DNA of 37,613 bases, from positions 1 to 37,613 of IMG/VR virus record IMGVR_UViG_3300025018_000297; one strand, given 5' to 3'. Under the pieces are notes generated by a model. It made no database searches, had not been told where the DNA came from, and worked only from the letters and a program-made list of their open reading frames with translations. Shown here in pieces: positions 33,736 through 37,613 of this stretch. Both the position numbers and the translations under genes were made by a program. The first letter of the stretch is position 1, and every line of letters begins with the position of its first letter. The DNA is from a virus. Lineage: Duplodnaviria; Caudoviricetes.

Positions 33736-34284
33736 CTAACCTGCAATCGCCCTTTTGCAAGCGCTAATGAATTTAGGATAATCGGCCTCAGAAAGGTCAG
33801 AGAGTTTCTGACAATTAAACTCAATCAAGATAGCCTTGGCCACCGCTATGTTTTTCTCGGCGCACACTTTTTGTAGCGCTTCAGCTACTTCACTCTTAGT
33901 GGCCATCTGAGACTTGATTTCTTTTGAGACTTTTGCCTTAACCGCTTCTCTGTCCACTTCAATATTTGGTATTGTGTGCATAACCGCCGCGGGTTCAGGC
34001 CGCTCAGCTACTTTCTTCGAAGTTTTTTTCTTTTTTTGTTTCTTATCAAGTCCGTTTACGTGCTGAATCTCAATCTCTGGGCCAGCCTCATCTTCCACGC
34101 TCTCAGACTCTTCAGAAACTTTGAGATAGTCGATGTGGGATTGATTTAATATCTCTTTAGGATCGAGTTTGCCAACCGACTGAAGATCCACTGCGCTATC
34201 AGTGACATCCGGCTTTGGCATAAACGCCATGAGCTTTTGCTGCAGTTGTTCAAAGTTGTCCGCTTGTATTTTAATTTCAATCAT
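33736..34284 (-). CDS. Hypothetical replication-module protein
   Basis: Acidic/basic linker and C-terminal KLSDL...Y helical domain typical of this slot in APSE-like modules. Confidence 0.75.
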   Translation of the reverse strand: MIEIKIQADNFEQLQQKLMAFMPKPDVTDSAVDLQSVGKLDPKEILNQSHIDYLKVSEESESVEDEAGPEIEIQHVNGLDKKQKKKKTSKKVAERPEPAAVMHTIPNIEVDREAVKAKVSKEIKSQMATKSEVAEALQKVCAEKNIAVAKAILIEFNCQKLSDLSEADYPKFISACKRAIAG

Positions 34285-34304
34285 TGCCGCCCCCTAATGC
34301 ATGT

Positions 34305-35708
34305 CTAGTAGTCGTATGGAAGAATCAAATCTAGATCAAAAATTTCAGTCAAGTCACGCGTTTTGATTTTAATTATGTACATTATGCGAGTATCAAGAGT
34401 GCCGTCGAGAGATAAGAATCGTACATGTACCGGATTTTCTTGGCCAATCCTGTGACAACGCATAACAGCTTGTGCATTGTTTCCTGGAACCCAATCTTGC
34501 TCCACGAACAAAACATTATGGCTTGCTGTCAGCGTCACAGCCACACCCGCGGCCTGTATGTTTCCGATGAACACGCGGCAGTGCTTGTTGTTTTGAAATC
34601 TATCGACGTTCTTTTGTTTTTTCTCTGCGTTATGCTTTCCATAAAGTGTCACGGGATTAAAATCCCTGAGCCCCGCGCGTATTTCTTCAATCACATCTCG
34701 GTGCACGGCGAAGATAACAATCTTTTGATAAGCATTGGCCTCAAGCTCTCGCTTTACTAACTCAACCGCAGCCTTTACTTTTTGAAGCCCAATGTATCGT
34801 CTGATGGTTGAGACGCTGCTACTTATGGCCTGAATCGCAGCAACGCTGTCAGCGTTCTCAACCTTCATATTGTTCCACACATCGGAGAGAAGTTTGTACT
34901 GTCTATCCAGCTCGGCATAGAGCTCTTCAGATCTGTTCTTTGGGATAAAGTACTGAGTGAATGAGGCCATGACCTCAAGATCCACAGGGCCTGGCTCGAC
35001 GTTTATATGACCATAGGTAATGGGCGGTAGCTGCTTCATAACATCTCTTTTCAATCGTCTTAGTAGGATGGGTTTGAGCAGCTCTTTGAGCTCGGGTATC
35101 TTGGCCCGGTTGGCGCCTATGATCTTTTTGCCATAGCTCGCCTGCCTTGTCAGGCAAAAATAATCAGTGAATGCCTCATATTTGAGCACTGTGCAGCCAA
35201 AACTGTAGAGCATAACCCAGAGCTCTGCGGGATTATTAGGCGCTGGCGTGCCAGTTAATAGCCAGCACCGCTTGGCGTATCTAACTAACCCCGTCACAGA
35301 GAATATCGCCTTTGTGCGCTTAGCCCCTGGATCTTTAAGGAAGTGCGCTTCATCAACCACTAGGCAGTCAAACTTTAATTGTTTTAGCCGCTCAAGATTG
35401 GCCACCACAAACTCAAAAGACACAATCAAAGAGGTTTTAGGGTCTATGTCTTCTGAGAGTTTTTTGGCCACGAGATATGTTCTTTTCGTCTTTGCCCAAA
35501 ACTCCAGCTCACGCAGCCAATTAATTCTTGCTATACTGGGGCAGACAATTATGACCTTTTGAGCACGGATGCGATCTAGGCCACGGATGGCCTGCACTGT
35601 TTTGCCAAGACCCATCTCATCCGCCAGCAAAGCAAAGCGCTTTTGGGCCAAGAACTCAGAGCCCTCAAGCTGATACGGGAACATCTCCGGCGGCGGCTGT
35701 AAATTCAT
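34305..35708 (-). CDS. SNF2-family (SF2) helicase
   Basis: FPYQ, LADEMGLGKT, DEAH, LTGTP, RCHRIGQ. Confidence 0.93.
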   Translation of the reverse strand: MNLQPPPEMFPYQLEGSEFLAQKRFALLADEMGLGKTVQAIRGLDRIRAQKVIIVCPSIARINWLRELEFWAKTKRTYLVAKKLSEDIDPKTSLIVSFEFVVANLERLKQLKFDCLVVDEAHFLKDPGAKRTKAIFSVTGLVRYAKRCWLLTGTPAPNNPAELWVMLYSFGCTVLKYEAFTDYFCLTRQASYGKKIIGANRAKIPELKELLKPILLRRLKRDVMKQLPPITYGHINVEPGPVDLEVMASFTQYFIPKNRSEELYAELDRQYKLLSDVWNNMKVENADSVAAIQAISSSVSTIRRYIGLQKVKAAVELVKRELEANAYQKIVIFAVHRDVIEEIRAGLRDFNPVTLYGKHNAEKKQKNVDRFQNNKHCRVFIGNIQAAGVAVTLTASHNVLFVEQDWVPGNNAQAVMRCHRIGQENPVHVRFLSLDGTLDTRIMYIIKIKTRDLTEIFDLDLILPYDY

Positions 35709-36298
35709 GAGACCTTGGCGTTTGGTTCTATGGCCTTTGCCGCCATGTGCGCCCTATATGCGTGTCCACTTCTAATGTCTTTGATCACGTGGCCGAAATA
35801 CTTTAGCCCATATATAGCCAGTAGGGTGGCTTCTGCCTTGTCGTGGTCTTTCTTAAGCGTGAACCTACCCCTTGCGGCTGGGAACATCATTTTGGCCTTG
35901 TCTATGGACTCCATTTTGATCTGGCTTAGCCCCAGCGCCGGCTTCCACACCTGCGGCTTCACCGTCATCGTGGTGATGCAGCTTGCCGCCAAGGCCCCGT
36001 GTATCTGTCCACAAGCATGACCGAACCTAAAGGTCGAGCTTAAGCCTTGATTAGGCATAGCTCCTGGCTCTTCTAATATGGCAAGGGCCGTGTCTTCGGC
36101 ATAGATTCCAATCATTGTAGCCACCGCGTTTATGTCCAGCATAGAGAAATATCCCTGCCGCCTAGTTCTAGTGGCTCGCCTATATACCGGCAGGCACTGA
36201 CAGTCCACAAGCGTCATAGTGTCCATATTGACCACGCTGATGGCCCCTGACGCCACGCCAGGGTCAATGCCTATTATGAGTGGCCTAATAGCCTTCAT
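35705..36298 (-). CDS. RuvC-like Holliday junction resolvase
   Basis: IIGIDPG, LEE, STFRFG, PQVWK, DKAEA. Confidence 0.85.
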   Translation of the reverse strand: MKAIRPLIIGIDPGVASGAISVVNMDTMTLVDCQCLPVYRRATRTRRQGYFSMLDINAVATMIGIYAEDTALAILEEPGAMPNQGLSSTFRFGHACGQIHGALAASCITTMTVKPQVWKPALGLSQIKMESIDKAKMMFPAARGRFTLKKDHDKAEATLLAIYGLKYFGHVIKDIRSGHAYRAHMAAKAIEPNAKVS

Positions 36299-36738
36299 CG
36301 TCTACCCGGCGCTATATCATCGGCGGTTAGCAGTAGGCCGGCGTGTCTTGAGGCTTTTAGGACATATTTAAGAGATTGAGGCGGTATTATGCCCCCGGTG
36401 CCTAAGCTTGCTCGAGGGTACGTCCATCGATATATGGTTGAGGCGTGCCACCTAATATCTGGGAAGGTCTCCTCTAGGCATCTAAGTAGCTCTCGTGCGC
36501 CGCCAAATTTGTCTATAATGCGCTCGGCCTGCGTCTTTTGGAAGATAGCCACTGTATGACCATCCATTGGCCCGGCGCCAGGCCTAGCCCGCATGCGGTG
36601 AAGCTGCTTCTGTACCTCTTTAAATTCTCTTAAAGTGTAAGCACCTTTAGGCGCAGGCGGCCTTTGGCTGGATCGACGCTTTAATTCGCGTCGTTTTAAC
36701 TTTACGGCTTTTTTGTCCGCCTCGCTCAAATCTGCCAT
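36295..36738 (-). CDS. Cro-like HTH DNA-binding protein
   Basis: IIDKFGG...STIYRW...GIIP pattern; first gene of the replication operon. Confidence 0.65.
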   Translation of the reverse strand: MADLSEADKKAVKLKRRELKRRSSQRPPAPKGAYTLREFKEVQKQLHRMRARPGAGPMDGHTVAIFQKTQAERIIDKFGGARELLRCLEETFPDIRWHASTIYRWTYPRASLGTGGIIPPQSLKYVLKASRHAGLLLTADDIAPGRR

Positions 36739-36830
36739 CGGTTAACCAATCAGATACCCCTTTAAATCAGTCGGTAGGTATGATGTTTTATTTAATTTTG
36801 GATTCTAGTGGATGTTCTTGAGCTGGGATT

Positions 36831-36860
36831 AGTTAACCACACTGCAGGCGGGTATGTCAA
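36831..36860 (-). promoter_or_regulatory. Putative promoter of the replication operon
   Basis: Perfect -35 TTGACA (36860-36855), N18, weak -10 TTAACT with TG. Confidence 0.4.
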
Positions 36861-36868
36861 TACTGAGC

Positions 36869-36918
36869 GCTACCGGATGCTACCGGATGCTACCCGATGC
36901 TACTAGAGGTTACTAGAG
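36869..36918 (+). repeat. Five degenerate 10-bp tandem repeats
   Basis: gctaccggat gctaccggat gctacccgat gctactagag gttactagag. Confidence 0.85.
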
Positions 36919-36932
36919 TAGGGGCTAAAAAC

Positions 36933-36993
36933 TAATAAAAAGCCGCGCCAAGGGTGGTGTTTGACTTAAGCCAAAGCCCCCTTGAGCGCGGCC
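36933..36993 (-). terminator. Long intrinsic terminator of the leftward junction operon
   Basis: Minus strand gccgcgctcaaggg...cccttggcgcggc followed by tttttatt. Confidence 0.75.
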
Positions 36994-37020
36994 AAAAAGA
37001 CGGACGAACTACCCCAGGGC

Positions 37021-37245
37021 TTAGTTGGGGTCTTGGCGTTTGTCTTTTAAAAGCGCCCAAATGTGGGCCGCATCAGCATCAAGTTTATGCGGCCTACGCT
37101 TCGTAATAGAGCCAGGCTTTTTAAGCGAACACTCCTTGCCCTCAAGCTTTATTAACACATAGACCATGATTAGGAAAGGCAGGACCTGTATGGCCAGACC
37201 TACTAGCATTCTTATAGCGTCGTCACTCATACTCTGGGCCCTCAT
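37021..37245 (-). CDS. Small membrane protein
   Basis: TM segment MLVGLAIQVLPFLIMVYVLI and basic tail; start may be ATG at 37230. Confidence 0.7.
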   Translation of the reverse strand: MRAQSMSDDAIRMLVGLAIQVLPFLIMVYVLIKLEGKECSLKKPGSITKRRPHKLDADAAHIWALLKDKRQDPN

Positions 37246-37465
37246 TTCTTATAGCGAAGTGGAGGATGGCAAACCTTCTTATTTTGCCCGTCTCCACATC
37301 GGTTGTGAGTATCTGTATGGCCGGCTGGCCAAAGACTTTAAATATTTCATCAAATTCGAGTTCCATACCGGGCAGAAACTCCACCAATAACCGACCATCC
37401 TCGAAGCTCAGGGTCCCCACCTGCAGTTCGTGACCACGGGTTTGGTGCGTCTGTAATATCATCAT
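37223..37465 (-). CDS. Hypothetical protein
   Basis: RBS aaggggg; follows the junction ORF by 3 nt. Confidence 0.7.
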   Translation of the reverse strand: MMILQTHQTRGHELQVGTLSFEDGRLLVEFLPGMELEFDEIFKVFGQPAIQILTTDVETGKIRRFAILHFAIRNEGPEYE

Positions 37466-37468
37466 GGC

Positions 37469-37613
37469 CTATGCCCCCTTTGGATTGCTACCGCCATCAT
37501 TGCCATTTCCGCTTTCGCTCGTATCACCCAGGGCGAACAGAGGGCCATAGGCTTCTCGGCCATAGGCTTCTCGGCCATAGGCTTCTCGGCCATAGGCTTC
37601 TCGGCCATAGGCT
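37469..37613 (-). CDS. 3' part of the junction-spanning protein, with an expanded (EAYGR)n tract
   Basis: Same frame as the ORF starting at 266; ends ...PLFALGDTSESGNGNDGGSNPKGA*. Confidence 0.7.
   Translation of the reverse strand, partial: AYGREAYGREAYGREAYGREAYGPLFALGDTSESGNGNDGGSNPKGA
37543..37613 (+). repeat. 15-bp tandem repeat ggccataggcttctc, at least 4.7 copies (truncated by the window end)
   Basis: Read directly. Confidence 0.95.

Larger units (their letters stand above)
1..37613. mobile_element. Complete or near-complete podovirus-like phage genome (BPP-1/epsilon15-like virion genes, APSE-like replication module), circular assembly
   Basis: Full set of packaging, head, tail, lysis and replication genes; no host housekeeping genes; terminal overlap 1-51 = 37521-37571. 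Confidence 0.93.

Overview
The window looks like a complete, circularly assembled genome of about 37.5 kb from a short-tailed (podovirus-type) dsDNA phage. Bases 1-51 recur at 37521-37571, and a minus-strand ORF runs across the junction. The virion module resembles BPP-1/epsilon15/T7-type podoviruses: TerL, portal, scaffold, capsid, cement, tail tubular A/B, two GNAT-like proteins, three ejection proteins, a tail fibre with an S74 chaperone, and holin/spanins. The convergent replication module is APSE-like: Cro-like HTH, RuvC-like resolvase, SNF2 helicase, Cas4-like nuclease, SSB, PolA (Leu762 type) and a Prim-Pol/helicase. No RNA polymerase, tRNA, CRISPR array or reverse transcriptase was seen. 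Lipoproteins and overlapped spanins imply a Gram-negative host. The most unusual part is a control locus inserted between terS and terL (2609-3717). It contains a 215-bp segment flanked by perfect 15-bp inverted repeats; the right repeat lies between the -35 and -10 of a leaderless, catalytic-domain-only (FimB/FimE-sized) tyrosine recombinase. Downstream are two NrdR-box-like sites 31 bp apart, although the genome encodes no ribonucleotide reductase. These are followed by a short promoter-terminator RNA with a possible antiterminator, in front of the rightward operon. That operon also carries a GT9 glycosyltransferase, a 2OG-Fe(II) oxygenase and a displaced CHAP lysin. All functional calls come from reading motifs by eye; no database searches were run.
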